From positions 30,009 to 94,008 of IMG/VR virus record IMGVR_UViG_3300009151_000044: a stretch of DNA of 64,000 bases, one strand, 5' to 3'. Source of the DNA: a virus. A model generated the notes under the pieces. The model was given only the letters and a program-made list of their open reading frames with translations. It did no database searches and had not been told where the DNA came from. The position numbers were made by a program, and so were the translations under genes. This document shows, piece by piece, positions 28,694 to 38,141 of this stretch (position 1 is its first letter; every line of letters begins with the position of its first letter).

Positions 28694-29232
28694 TTTATAA
28701 TTTGGTCGTTAGTGTAGTCAGTCCACGGAGTGAACTTACTACGGTCTTTAAGAGTGTGTAGACTATGTGACCACACACCAGGATTAGTAGCATTAAAATC
28801 TTTATCGTCAATTTTAATCATCGTATTATAATTCCATAATTTAATGTAGGGAATTGGAACTCTTATCTGCGGAATAAAATTATTATGATCATTTAATCCG
28901 CCATCATTGAATTCTTCTACTTGATTTAAGGGAATATCTAAACTACACCAGTAGCCTTGCTCGAGAAAATATGTAATCATATCTTCCCATAGTTTATGTT
29001 CATCATATCCGTTGGGATTAAAACTATGATTAGCACCAAAGAAAATATGCTTAATATGTTTACTAGTATCAAGCAAACAATTCTCATCTCCGAGGATATG
29101 CTCGATTGCTTGCTCGTTTTGAACACCAGTTACAAATAGTGTACGCATACCGAATGTAGGTGTATGCTCGACTTCATTACCAATAAAGAAATCTACGTTA
29201 TCACTCACACCGTCTTTATAGTCACGCTTCAT
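28690..29232 (-). CDS. Hypothetical protein in the deazaguanine cluster
   Basis: FFIGNEVEHTP..TLFV; HIFFGANHSF; KIDDKDFNATNPGVW. Confidence 0.6.
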   Translation of the reverse strand: MKRDYKDGVSDNVDFFIGNEVEHTPTFGMRTLFVTGVQNEQAIEHILGDENCLLDTSKHIKHIFFGANHSFNPNGYDEHKLWEDMITYFLEQGYWCSLDIPLNQVEEFNDGGLNDHNNFIPQIRVPIPYIKLWNYNTMIKIDDKDFNATNPGVWSHSLHTLKDRSKFTPWTDYTNDQIIK

Positions 29233-29464
29233 TTTTAGTTTGCTCGTAAAGTTTAAACATTCGAGTCACGTCTTCCATGCGTTCAGCAAAATGCTCAGGA
29301 GCACCTCGAGCCGCCGCTTTCATGTCATATTCTTCGGGATAGTGTCGTAAACAAGCTCGAGCACCGTCTTTGATTGCTTTTGGAACTCGGGGAGTAGTCA
29401 GGATCTCTAATAGAAATCTTTTAGTTTGTACTACTGCTCGATATCTTTCATCTGGTAATGTCAT
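29222..29464 (-). CDS. Hypothetical protein
   Basis: MTLPDERYRAV..LRHYP, a small phage protein type. Confidence 0.6.
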   Translation of the reverse strand: MTLPDERYRAVVQTKRFLLEILTTPRVPKAIKDGARACLRHYPEEYDMKAAARGAPEHFAERMEDVTRMFKLYEQTKNEA

Positions 29465-31098
29465 TTTACTATTGCTTCTAGTTCGTCAAGTTTATCAATT
29501 GCGGATTCGTTGAATTCGCTGTCTTCTGCTAATTGTACAGTATTGGAATCCACTTCGTCAAATAGATTGGCAAACGATGTACTAGCATTAACAGTTTTCT
29601 TACCGCTAGCACCTCGAGTACCAATAATATCCATCCAATATTTGTTATATTCTTCAACTAGGTCGTCTGCTCGTCCTCGATCACTTGTTTCAAATATAGC
29701 ATTAACGATGTCCTTGAAAAACATGTGTTCATATTGCTTAGACGATTTTCTATTTGCGTCTAGTACACTCATCATAGCAGGCATATTACCAGCATCATAT
29801 TGGCGGTTAGCTTCTTGTACAGCATTAATATGCATCCAAACATTGTGCCCCATTTGAATAGCATAACTAAATGAATCCCAGCTAGTCTTGTTACTAACTT
29901 TACCTAACTTATTCAAGTCCGGTGTTTTAATCCAATCTGCTGGATTCATTGGGTCCGGATTAGTAATACCAGGTTTGGGAATACCAGCACCGTAGATACA
30001 AATCTCTTTCATAGTAACTTGATCTATGATTGGACTAGATTCAAATAATTTAAAGATATTATCTTGTATTACTGCGTCTTTAAAGAGTCTAGTGTCTGTT
30101 GCGTATTTTTTATTGTCTGCAGAAGACTGCATACGGTAGACCCATTTTTTACGATCTTCGGTTTCTGTGTTGATATAGATTTGTCCGTTTGCGGTAGCAA
30201 GGAACGGACTTGCGCAGTCAAAAGAGATGGTAAATTGCTCATTATGATATTTCCTTACAGCACGTTGAATGTCAGTGAGCAGTACAGCCCACTCCAATTT
30301 TGAGGTACCTAAGAAGTGCATCCAATCTTGTTCACCCTTCTCAAGCAAGCCATCAAATCTTAATGCCACTAGGCGTTTTAATACCAAGTGTACGTCACAC
30401 ATATTCTGCCCACCCATACCCCAACCGTTAAAATGACGGTCGCCGTATTGTTTAGGATCACAATACTTCTTCATGCGATCATACCAGTCGTCGGCATCGG
30501 CGTGATTTTCGCCCTGTAAAACGTTTAAGAACTTACAATTGCCGTTTCGATTATTAACAAAATAATCGTTATTAATATAAGTACCTTGTACAGCTTCTGC
30601 GTATGTACTAATGCCAGTTGCCGCAACACCAGACGGACTACGAGCTACCCACGCTGGGATATCAAGCCCCATACCATAGTCCATTAGCGTGTCCATCCAA
30701 GTTAACACTTGAGAACGTTTCTTTGCCGCTTTGGGACAATTGGGATCTTTCCAATCAGCAGGCCAAACACCTTTACCGATCTGGAAACCACCTGAGTCAC
30801 CTAACACCCAACTTGTAGATCTATTACGATTTCGGAACATGTCCTCGCTTTCGTCTTGTTTATTCAAATCAAGATTAGCATGTCCTGCGGAGTACAAACA
30901 ATGGTCATAATAAAATGCGCCTTTATCTGGGTCAAGATAGTTAAGACTTTCAACGCCATTCACAAAACTTGCCGGAATACGAGCAGGATCTACATAGTTG
31001 CTATAGCGTTGTTTACCTATAAATGTACTATAAAATCCCGATGTTGCTGGCAAGAAATATGCGTAATCGTTTTGATGTGCTGTTAAATTTTTATTCAT
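29461..31098 (-). CDS. dpdA: TGT-fold DNA-guanine transglycosylase (DpdA/DpdA2-like)
   Basis: LGDSGGFQ catalytic motif, LDIP, LNVLQG, MHFLGTS, SFDCASP, HN; co-located with folE/queE. Confidence 0.75.
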   Translation of the reverse strand: MNKNLTAHQNDYAYFLPATSGFYSTFIGKQRYSNYVDPARIPASFVNGVESLNYLDPDKGAFYYDHCLYSAGHANLDLNKQDESEDMFRNRNRSTSWVLGDSGGFQIGKGVWPADWKDPNCPKAAKKRSQVLTWMDTLMDYGMGLDIPAWVARSPSGVAATGISTYAEAVQGTYINNDYFVNNRNGNCKFLNVLQGENHADADDWYDRMKKYCDPKQYGDRHFNGWGMGGQNMCDVHLVLKRLVALRFDGLLEKGEQDWMHFLGTSKLEWAVLLTDIQRAVRKYHNEQFTISFDCASPFLATANGQIYINTETEDRKKWVYRMQSSADNKKYATDTRLFKDAVIQDNIFKLFESSPIIDQVTMKEICIYGAGIPKPGITNPDPMNPADWIKTPDLNKLGKVSNKTSWDSFSYAIQMGHNVWMHINAVQEANRQYDAGNMPAMMSVLDANRKSSKQYEHMFFKDIVNAIFETSDRGRADDLVEEYNKYWMDIIGTRGASGKKTVNASTSFANLFDEVDSNTVQLAEDSEFNESAIDKLDELEAIVK

Positions 31099-31445
31099 AT
31101 TAAATGTTGTGCCAGTACCATACAGCTGATCCACGCCCATATAGTGTTAAATCCTACTAGTGTCGGTAATAATTTCTTCTCACTTGCCCAAATAAGTGTT
31201 AGACTTGTTGCTAGTGTAAAGAAATACAACCACCATATTTGTATACCGAATATTAAACCAGGAACAATGATAAAAGCCTTGGCCGCCCAACTTAAAAACT
31301 CCACGAGATTATAGTCAGTCCAATATTCCTTTGTAAACCACATGCCATAGCACTCTTTAATCTTAGTAAACGTAATATGTTTATATACTATTACTATTAA
31401 AACTAGCCATGCTAGGCATGCAGATACTATCTGGACATTATTCAT
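31095..31445 (-). CDS. Membrane protein
   Basis: Several TM segments; KKLLPTLVGFNT. Confidence 0.6.
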   Translation of the reverse strand: MNNVQIVSACLAWLVLIVIVYKHITFTKIKECYGMWFTKEYWTDYNLVEFLSWAAKAFIIVPGLIFGIQIWWLYFFTLATSLTLIWASEKKLLPTLVGFNTIWAWISCMVLAQHLI

Positions 31446-32176
31446 TACTTAGATTGTGCTGGTAGAATGTAGTTATACTCGGCAAGTCCGCTGTCAACTG
31501 TAATTTGTAGTGCGCCTTGATCAGTAATCTTCATAGTAATATCACCACTTAGATTTAAAATGCTCATCATTTGATTAACGGGCCATGACCACGATTGTTT
31601 CAATTTACCAGTAATGCCTGCTTGGAAAATAAATGATCCAGCATGGGTGCTAGCATCACCAAAACTAAACACTAGGTTATCATCTTTAGTTGTTATTTGA
31701 AATACTGTTTCTTCAGTATGTGCTTGTGCTTGGAACTTCAACCGTTGGATACTTGAAACGCTTGGTTGGAATTCAATATCCCAAGAAGAGCCTTTATACT
31801 TTACAGACTTAAGACGTTCGTTAATAATGTCTTGATTCATAAAACGGTAATCGTTTTCAAAATCGTTAGCCGCATTAACAAAGTGTAACCCTGTTGGAAT
31901 TTCTTCCCCGTTACGTTGTTGTTTAACCACGCTAATCTTTGCGTTTTCTTTGTACTCTGGGCACTTCAAATGAATGTCCAACTTGTTTAAGTTAGGCATG
32001 CCAAACGTACCTTCAAAGTCGCTGACTGGTTTATGAGTCTTAGCATTAACAATAACTGAACGATCCTCAGCCATCGATTCAATTTTTGTTTCTGTGTCAG
32101 TAGCACTAATTTTCACTAATGGCAAAAAGCCAAGTGAATGTGTATGTGCTACTAGGTCTTGTAAAAAGTCTTTCAT
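31445..32176 (-). CDS. Sliding clamp (gp45/PCNA-like)
   Basis: 243 aa; SMAEDRSV; C-terminal YNYILPA; lies two genes downstream of the polymerase. Confidence 0.7.
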   Translation of the reverse strand: MKDFLQDLVAHTHSLGFLPLVKISATDTETKIESMAEDRSVIVNAKTHKPVSDFEGTFGMPNLNKLDIHLKCPEYKENAKISVVKQQRNGEEIPTGLHFVNAANDFENDYRFMNQDIINERLKSVKYKGSSWDIEFQPSVSSIQRLKFQAQAHTEETVFQITTKDDNLVFSFGDASTHAGSFIFQAGITGKLKQSWSWPVNQMMSILNLSGDITMKITDQGALQITVDSGLAEYNYILPAQSK

Positions 32177-32197
32177 ATTGATTCTCCGTGTTTATCT

Positions 32198-32226
32198 ATT
32201 ATATTTAGGTTTGTGACAAAAGTCAA
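32198..32226 (-). promoter_or_regulatory. sigma70-type promoter with nested TAAATA
   Basis: TTGACT-tttgtcacaaacctaaa(17 nt)-TATAAT. Confidence 0.75.
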
Positions 32227-33008
32227 GCATTTTTTCGTATTTGATGATTGTATTTCACCGTTTCTTCAACTAGTGTAATTGGCGACCCAATTGCGTTAGC
32301 CCATTGTATAAATGCTGTCGTGTCTTTGGGGAAACAATGACCTCCCCATCCACGTTCTCCATCTGGTCCTGGCACAATAGTGTGTCCAGAACCAATTCTT
32401 TGATCGTTAGCTAGTATGTGTCTAACGATATCATAATCCATTCCTGTTGTTTCGCAAATATCGTTTATTTGATTAAAGAAACTTGTTTTAAGAGCAAGGA
32501 ACGAGTTAGTTGAGTATTTGACTAAACATGCTTCTTTAGCAGTACAGTTAAACACTAGTTTACAATTTGGTAATGTTGTTTGGAATAGTTCTTGCCAAAA
32601 ACATTCAGGATCCTCACCGCCTAACACAACATACTTTTGATTTAAGAAATCTTCATTAGCACTTCTTGCTCTTAAAAACTCTGGACTATATGTTATAGAA
32701 AGTGTTGAATATGCTTGTTCGAAAGCTTCGGCAATGCCAGGGGTTACTGTACTTTTAATTAACACTGGCATGAATATAGGTACTTGGTCCAATATGCTAA
32801 TAATTATACTGTCATCGCAAACACCATTTTCAGTAGCGGGAGTTGGCGCACATATAATCAATCCATCGGCATCGTGATGATCTTTAATTTGATCTTCGGA
32901 ATATTTAGGATCAACAATAACGATTTCGTGTTGATTTTTAAAAGCATTGAATACTGCTTTACCAACAAATCCGTATCCGGCAATAATTATTTTCATATTA
33001 GAACTCAA
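32223..33008 (-). CDS. UDP-glucose/GDP-mannose dehydrogenase family protein (lacks the C-terminal domain)
   Basis: GYGFVG Rossmann motif, CAPTP, IKSTVTPG, SPEFLR, KY..NSFLA, GWGGHCFPKD. Confidence 0.85.
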   Translation of the reverse strand: MSSNMKIIIAGYGFVGKAVFNAFKNQHEIVIVDPKYSEDQIKDHHDADGLIICAPTPATENGVCDDSIIISILDQVPIFMPVLIKSTVTPGIAEAFEQAYSTLSITYSPEFLRARSANEDFLNQKYVVLGGEDPECFWQELFQTTLPNCKLVFNCTAKEACLVKYSTNSFLALKTSFFNQINDICETTGMDYDIVRHILANDQRIGSGHTIVPGPDGERGWGGHCFPKDTTAFIQWANAIGSPITLVEETVKYNHQIRKNA

Positions 33009-35667
33009 ATAAACTGTTAAATGTATTCTTTTCTTCAGTGCTAGTAACGTCCCACTTCAATACACCGATTAAGTTGTCTAACTTATTATCGATGATTGTT
33101 TGCTCCATTTCAGCATGATCGAACGGCAAGTCTTTGAACCATTGTGGTAATCGTAACTCGTCTACTGGATAGGCAACACTAGTGTATCCAAGAGGATTCT
33201 GTTTTAGCTTACAAACAATAACTTTAGCACCATCGGTAATCGACATTGAGTATTTGTCGTTAAACATACGCTTTAAGGTATTCCAATTAATACTAGCACG
33301 GACATGTCCAGGCATATTAGCTTTACCGGCTTTTACTTCTTTAGCTTGATATTCTGTAATCTTGTTAGCACGTTTAGGTGAACCTTTCTCCCAACCTGGT
33401 CTGCTTTTGAATCTCAATCTAAATTCGCTGATATGTGCTAGTACATCATCTTCGGTGGCTCCTGTCAAGACTTTTTCAAGTACATCACTTAAAAAGTTCT
33501 GAATGAATTCCGGCGTATCACTGCGCTTCAAATCCAAGCCCATGGCCTTGATCTTACCAGGTTTACCATCCACGTCTGCCCGTTTGCCCTCCTTGTCATA
33601 ATACAAGACAGCATAGCGTTTCTTAGTAATGAACAGACTCTTACTGCCAACGATCTCACGACCTGCTTTGATAACTTCACCACGGGTCTTTGGACAGTGG
33701 AACGCATCTAACATAAACTGTGGGAATGTGGTATTGACTTCTTCACCAATTTGGTCATACAACTGTATAACACTTTCTTTAGTCCAGGGTACATGTCCTG
33801 CGGCAATTTCTTTTTCTAATGTTTTATACGCACTAAAGTAACAAGAGTCAGTATCACCATAGATAATAGCTTTGCCTGTGTGATTGTATTCGCCTGCGAT
33901 AATTTCATTTACCTTACTTGCCATATGGTGTGCGATAGCACGTCCAGTAAGAGTGGTAGATTGACCGATGCGTTTATCAAAAAAGCGACACCCAGGATTA
34001 AGAATGGCACCGTACAGCGAGTTAAGATTAATCTTTTTAACCAATTGTCGCTTGTCCCAGTATTCCTCTTCAATTTTATTACCAGCATTGATTGCCTCCT
34101 TTAGTTTAGCTTGCATTTCTTTTCGCTCGCTATACCACCGTTTCAACAATCCGGGAATAATACCTTCATTTTCATAAGTGAAAATAGTACCGTTGGCACT
34201 AAGCATCCAAGGTTGGTTGCTTTCGTAAATTAATCTATATACTTCTGCGGCACTTAGCACATCGCTATCGCCATTTTCCCAGTCGATGGTAATATCAGCG
34301 CCAATTTCTTGACCCATTACTGCAGTATACTCTACACTGCCGAACATACCTTCCCATGCCGCGGCAAATGATTTTCCTTTGGCAGTTTGATTATCGATAT
34401 ATTCTTGTGTTTTAGTTTGTCGTAGTTGCCCAATAATAGTTTCAGGACCCATATTAAGTGCTCTAATGGCACTTGGATATAACGAATTAATGTCTAACGA
34501 GCCAACCCAGTCCTGGATGCCTTCTTTAGGATATGCAACGTAAGCACCAGCGGCCCCTTCGTTGTCTTCACGTTCGTCCATTTTAGTTCTATTGGGAACT
34601 TGAAATCCTCTGCGATGGCATTCATTAATGATAGCCTGTTCAGTTACCGCTACCGCACCCATTGTAGTCTGTAGCAACACAGTACATTCGTGTGCTAGTG
34701 TGTTGGCAAGATCCATGAACTTGAGCTTTTTATCAAGATCATCTAGTAGTTGGCAGTCATTAATATTATATTCTACAAATGTACGGAAGTCATTGTTGTA
34801 TAGCTGATCCAATGTGCCTTCGTATTGTGTTTTACGCTGACCTAATTCGTATTCTGCGATTGCATCCAATCGATACGTATGACGTTCTTCATACGTATAC
34901 TTACGATACAGTTCAAGACTATCTAAGTGTACACGACCAATGAAGTCATAGGTTACTGCTTGACGTCCGTATTTTTCATATTCTCTGCGTTTAGGAAATT
35001 GATTAAACAAACAGAATCTACGTGTATCTTCTTTTGACAGTGCCTTAGTAACACGGTTAACAGTGTAAGGAATATCAAAGCCTTCTGAGTTCCACCCACT
35101 TAGTATGTCGGCGTCTTTAATTAAATCTAAAAATACATCTAGCATTTCTGCTTCAGATGCGTACAACATGACATTGTCAAAGTCTTTGACAGCTTCCTTG
35201 GCTTGTTCCATGGTCATGGTCTTTGGAGGAATTGCCAAACAGATCATAGTGTCCATCCACTGTAGCTTGACTGCTATAGCAGTGATAGGCATGAACGCAT
35301 CGTCCGGACTAGCATAGCCACGTTCTGGGTCAAAGTCGACCTCAATGTCGAAGAACGCTACATTTAGTTTTGGTGCGTCTTGATTAAGATAGTTTTCACT
35401 TAGGCAAACAAAGATTGGATTAATATCTGCTTCGAATAATTTCTTGCCACTATTAATAGCTTGTTCTTTTCGAAACTCTTTTGTGTTTTTACATACAACA
35501 CGGCTTACGGGATCGCCGTAAATGCTTTGGAATTTGCCCCTTGGGTCTTGATAGTAGAACGTGTGCTTAACAGGAATATCTCTGAATTCACGTTCACCTT
35601 TCTTATTACGTTCAACCACTTTGATGATATCATTCTCGCGGTCAAACCATGCGTCTACGTAGCTCAT
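32998..35667 (-). CDS. Family B DNA polymerase (gp43-like)
   Basis: Exo DIEV, GWNSEGFDIPY; Pol DINSLYPS, KINLNSLYG, YGDTDS, KKRY. Confidence 0.97.
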   Translation of the reverse strand: MSYVDAWFDRENDIIKVVERNKKGEREFRDIPVKHTFYYQDPRGKFQSIYGDPVSRVVCKNTKEFRKEQAINSGKKLFEADINPIFVCLSENYLNQDAPKLNVAFFDIEVDFDPERGYASPDDAFMPITAIAVKLQWMDTMICLAIPPKTMTMEQAKEAVKDFDNVMLYASEAEMLDVFLDLIKDADILSGWNSEGFDIPYTVNRVTKALSKEDTRRFCLFNQFPKRREYEKYGRQAVTYDFIGRVHLDSLELYRKYTYEERHTYRLDAIAEYELGQRKTQYEGTLDQLYNNDFRTFVEYNINDCQLLDDLDKKLKFMDLANTLAHECTVLLQTTMGAVAVTEQAIINECHRRGFQVPNRTKMDEREDNEGAAGAYVAYPKEGIQDWVGSLDINSLYPSAIRALNMGPETIIGQLRQTKTQEYIDNQTAKGKSFAAAWEGMFGSVEYTAVMGQEIGADITIDWENGDSDVLSAAEVYRLIYESNQPWMLSANGTIFTYENEGIIPGLLKRWYSERKEMQAKLKEAINAGNKIEEEYWDKRQLVKKINLNSLYGAILNPGCRFFDKRIGQSTTLTGRAIAHHMASKVNEIIAGEYNHTGKAIIYGDTDSCYFSAYKTLEKEIAAGHVPWTKESVIQLYDQIGEEVNTTFPQFMLDAFHCPKTRGEVIKAGREIVGSKSLFITKKRYAVLYYDKEGKRADVDGKPGKIKAMGLDLKRSDTPEFIQNFLSDVLEKVLTGATEDDVLAHISEFRLRFKSRPGWEKGSPKRANKITEYQAKEVKAGKANMPGHVRASINWNTLKRMFNDKYSMSITDGAKVIVCKLKQNPLGYTSVAYPVDELRLPQWFKDLPFDHAEMEQTIIDNKLDNLIGVLKWDVTSTEEKNTFNSLFEF

Positions 35668-35679
35668 TTAATCTCCATA

Positions 35680-35725
35680 TGTCATTTAGGGCTGACAAAC
35701 ACCAACGTTGCGGTTTATGGCCCGC
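35680..35725 (-). promoter_or_regulatory. Twin hairpin leader (putative translational operator) of the polymerase gene
   Basis: GCGG-GCCATAAA-CCGC and TGTCA-GCCCTAAA-TGACA just 5' of the GGAG RBS. Confidence 0.6.
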
Positions 35726-35748
35726 CTGCCATCTATAGTATACTGCTT

Positions 35749-36006
35749 TTAGATACGTTTTGTAATATCCAAAATTGCTTCAATCTCAGCCCAATCTTCA
35801 TTGTGTGAACTCCAATCGCCCTTGTGAGCAATCTTAATAGCACGATTAATAACGCTGGGTTTGATCTGTAATTCTTCTGCTACTGCCTTGACTGTTTCTT
35901 TTAAGCCTTCTGTAAGATCTTCAACTTCACGTAGTACCGTACTACCTTCCGAAATCAATCGCTCTAGTTTTGCCTTTTCTTCTGCGCCATAATTACGTCC
36001 TGACAT
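35749..36006 (-). CDS. Small helical dsDNA-binding protein (T4 DsbA-like)
   Basis: 85 aa; EGLKETVKAVAEELQIKPSVINRAIKIAHK. Confidence 0.55.
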   Translation of the reverse strand: MSGRNYGAEEKAKLERLISEGSTVLREVEDLTEGLKETVKAVAEELQIKPSVINRAIKIAHKGDWSSHNEDWAEIEAILDITKRI

Positions 36007-36029
36007 GTGATATCTCCTTGTATAAGCCT

Positions 36030-36058
36030 ATTATACTTTACTTATCTTGTAATAGCAA
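36030..36058 (-). promoter_or_regulatory. sigma70-type promoter
   Basis: TTGCTA-17 nt-TATAAT upstream of an AAGGAG RBS. Confidence 0.65.
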
Positions 36059-36080
36059 CCACTTAGAAATTTTAGAGGTG

Positions 36081-36107
36081 AAAATGGCAGAACGAATCTG
36101 CCATTTT
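36081..36107. terminator. Intrinsic terminator
   Basis: AAAATGGCAGA-ACGAA-TCTGCCATTTT perfect stem just after the stop at 36118. Confidence 0.8.
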
Positions 36108-36117
36108 AACTAATTGA

Positions 36118-38118
36118 TTACTTTAGTTTTTCTTGAGCAGCCGCTAGTCCTTTTTGGATTTCTGGATTTTTAGAAGTGCTTAGATCTTTAATTAATGCTT
36201 CAATTTGAGCTTTTAGTGCTGCCATCTCAGCATCGTCGGCTGCTGATGTATCTGGAGGATTTGTTTGTCCACCTTGACCACCGCCTTCTGGAGGTTTAAC
36301 TGGAACATTAGGTCTAACTGGGGTATTAGGAGTAACTGGAGTATTAGGGGTAACTGGGTCATTGCCACCAAGTTTGCCCGAAGCATAACCGCCTGCTAGT
36401 CCAAGCCCAGTCAATCCAGCTGCAGTTTTTAGTGGATTATTTTTTATCGCTTTAACACCTTGGCCGGCACGATAAGCGCCTCTTGCTAGCGCAGGCTGAG
36501 CGGCAAGTTGCTTTTGAAATATTTTAGTACCTTGACCAACTACTTGCGGATTACCTGCTCTAGTTAACGCTCCGGTAGCAACTTTTGCTCCTGATGCGCC
36601 TGTTTTAAACGCATTTAAAGCGCCTTTAGCAATGCTATCCCAAATGCCTTCTTCTAAACCTTCACTTAACCCTGCTGCCTGAGGATCAAATTTTTGCCCC
36701 GTGGGTTGTAATGAGTTATTATCTAAAATTTCCATAGATGGATATGCTAAGATTGGTCCTGTATCTGGTTTAACAACTATGAATTGCTGACCTGCCTTTT
36801 CATGTCCTGGAGGAAATTCCATAAATTCGCCCCCTGCCCTAACAACCATATCGGCCATTTGTTGTTCTTCTGGAGTTGGAGCATCTGGTTTGGCAGCTGG
36901 ATTAGCGTCAGCAACCGGCGCTACATCATCTTCTTCATTAATTCTATCTAACTTTTGTTGTAATTCTCTCATTGTTTCTGCTAGTGATTTTTGTGGCATA
37001 GTAGTCTCTTGAATTTTTAAACGCTGCATGGCGGCTTGTGTTTCTGTACCCATACGTCCGTCGGCACCGTACTTAGGTAATGCGTTTGGATCTTTGGCAA
37101 GGATACGTTGTTGTAATTCCTTGACTTTTGGATCAACTGGTCCTGCGCCCGGCGGTGGAGTTGGTTGGCCACTTTGAGCGGCAGGTTTACCTGTTTTTGG
37201 ATCTACCTTATTCTCTGGATTGTCATACTTGTCAGTAGCACCCGACAGTTCACGACCAGCTTGCCAAGCACCTAGACCAAGAGCTGGGATCCACCCTACA
37301 CCTGGTACTAATGAAAACGCACCCGACAATCCGTTTAATGCAGCACCGAGGTAGTCTCCCTTTTTATAGCTGTCGTAAGCACCTTGTGCGCCTAGTACTG
37401 CGCCAACGCCCGGTGCAGCTCTGCCAAGTACTTTAGTAGCGGCAGCGCCAAATCCTTCGTCAGTGTGTTCTTCACGTACTTCATAGCCAAATGATTCAAC
37501 TAGGCTCTGAGCAATACCGCTTTTGTAGTTGATACTTTCCTTGACCTTGTTCTTTGGTAAGTTTGGATTTGAACCAGCAATATACGGATTACCTTCACTA
37601 TCGGTGGATGCTACATTGCCGTTGGTGTCAGTAGTCATTTTACTACCGTCACCCATATCTCGTGTAGTCGGGCCTGCTGGCTTGCCACCTTGCCCACGTT
37701 TAGCTCTTAATGCGTTGTACTTTTCAATTAATTCTAATAATTTCTTTAGCTTTTCCATCAAGGCAGCATCGGCATCAGCAGTTTCTTTGTACTGCTTCCA
37801 GTTGACACCTTCTGGGAAATCAATGTACTTGCCGTCTGCTGTAATTACACCGTCAACACTGGCTGGATTCCAACCTGAACGATTTAATGTGTCGCCGTTC
37901 CATACAGTAATACGAGAACCGGTCATTGGGCCTTCACCGCCTTGATTGCCGCCTTCCCAGTAAAATGTTCCGTCAGGTGCCAGCATCAACGGCATCTTAT
38001 TACCCAAATTGCCTTTGTGAAAGTGTGTGGGTTTAAATTCTGTAGGAGCAGTTGCTTCATTAACATACGTGCCGGCTTGAATTGCTTCTAATTTGTTAAC
38101 TAATGATCGGTAGTCCAT
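36118..38118 (-). CDS. Putative internal virion protein with peptidoglycan-binding motif and Gly-zipper segments
   Basis: VKELQQRI..YGADGRMGTETQAAM (PG_binding_1-like); hydrophobic Gly/Ala helices; Pro-rich linkers. Confidence 0.55.
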   Translation of the reverse strand: MDYRSLVNKLEAIQAGTYVNEATAPTEFKPTHFHKGNLGNKMPLMLAPDGTFYWEGGNQGGEGPMTGSRITVWNGDTLNRSGWNPASVDGVITADGKYIDFPEGVNWKQYKETADADAALMEKLKKLLELIEKYNALRAKRGQGGKPAGPTTRDMGDGSKMTTDTNGNVASTDSEGNPYIAGSNPNLPKNKVKESINYKSGIAQSLVESFGYEVREEHTDEGFGAAATKVLGRAAPGVGAVLGAQGAYDSYKKGDYLGAALNGLSGAFSLVPGVGWIPALGLGAWQAGRELSGATDKYDNPENKVDPKTGKPAAQSGQPTPPPGAGPVDPKVKELQQRILAKDPNALPKYGADGRMGTETQAAMQRLKIQETTMPQKSLAETMRELQQKLDRINEEDDVAPVADANPAAKPDAPTPEEQQMADMVVRAGGEFMEFPPGHEKAGQQFIVVKPDTGPILAYPSMEILDNNSLQPTGQKFDPQAAGLSEGLEEGIWDSIAKGALNAFKTGASGAKVATGALTRAGNPQVVGQGTKIFQKQLAAQPALARGAYRAGQGVKAIKNNPLKTAAGLTGLGLAGGYASGKLGGNDPVTPNTPVTPNTPVRPNVPVKPPEGGGQGGQTNPPDTSAADDAEMAALKAQIEALIKDLSTSKNPEIQKGLAAAQEKLK

Positions 38119-38141
38119 TTCAATCTTCCTTGATATTCTAT

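Noticed and set aside
29461-31098. Calling this a canonical tRNA-guanine transglycosylase (tgt)
   Set aside because: It is much longer, lacks the CxCxxC zinc motif of bacterial Tgt, and sits beside replication genes; DpdA-like fits better.
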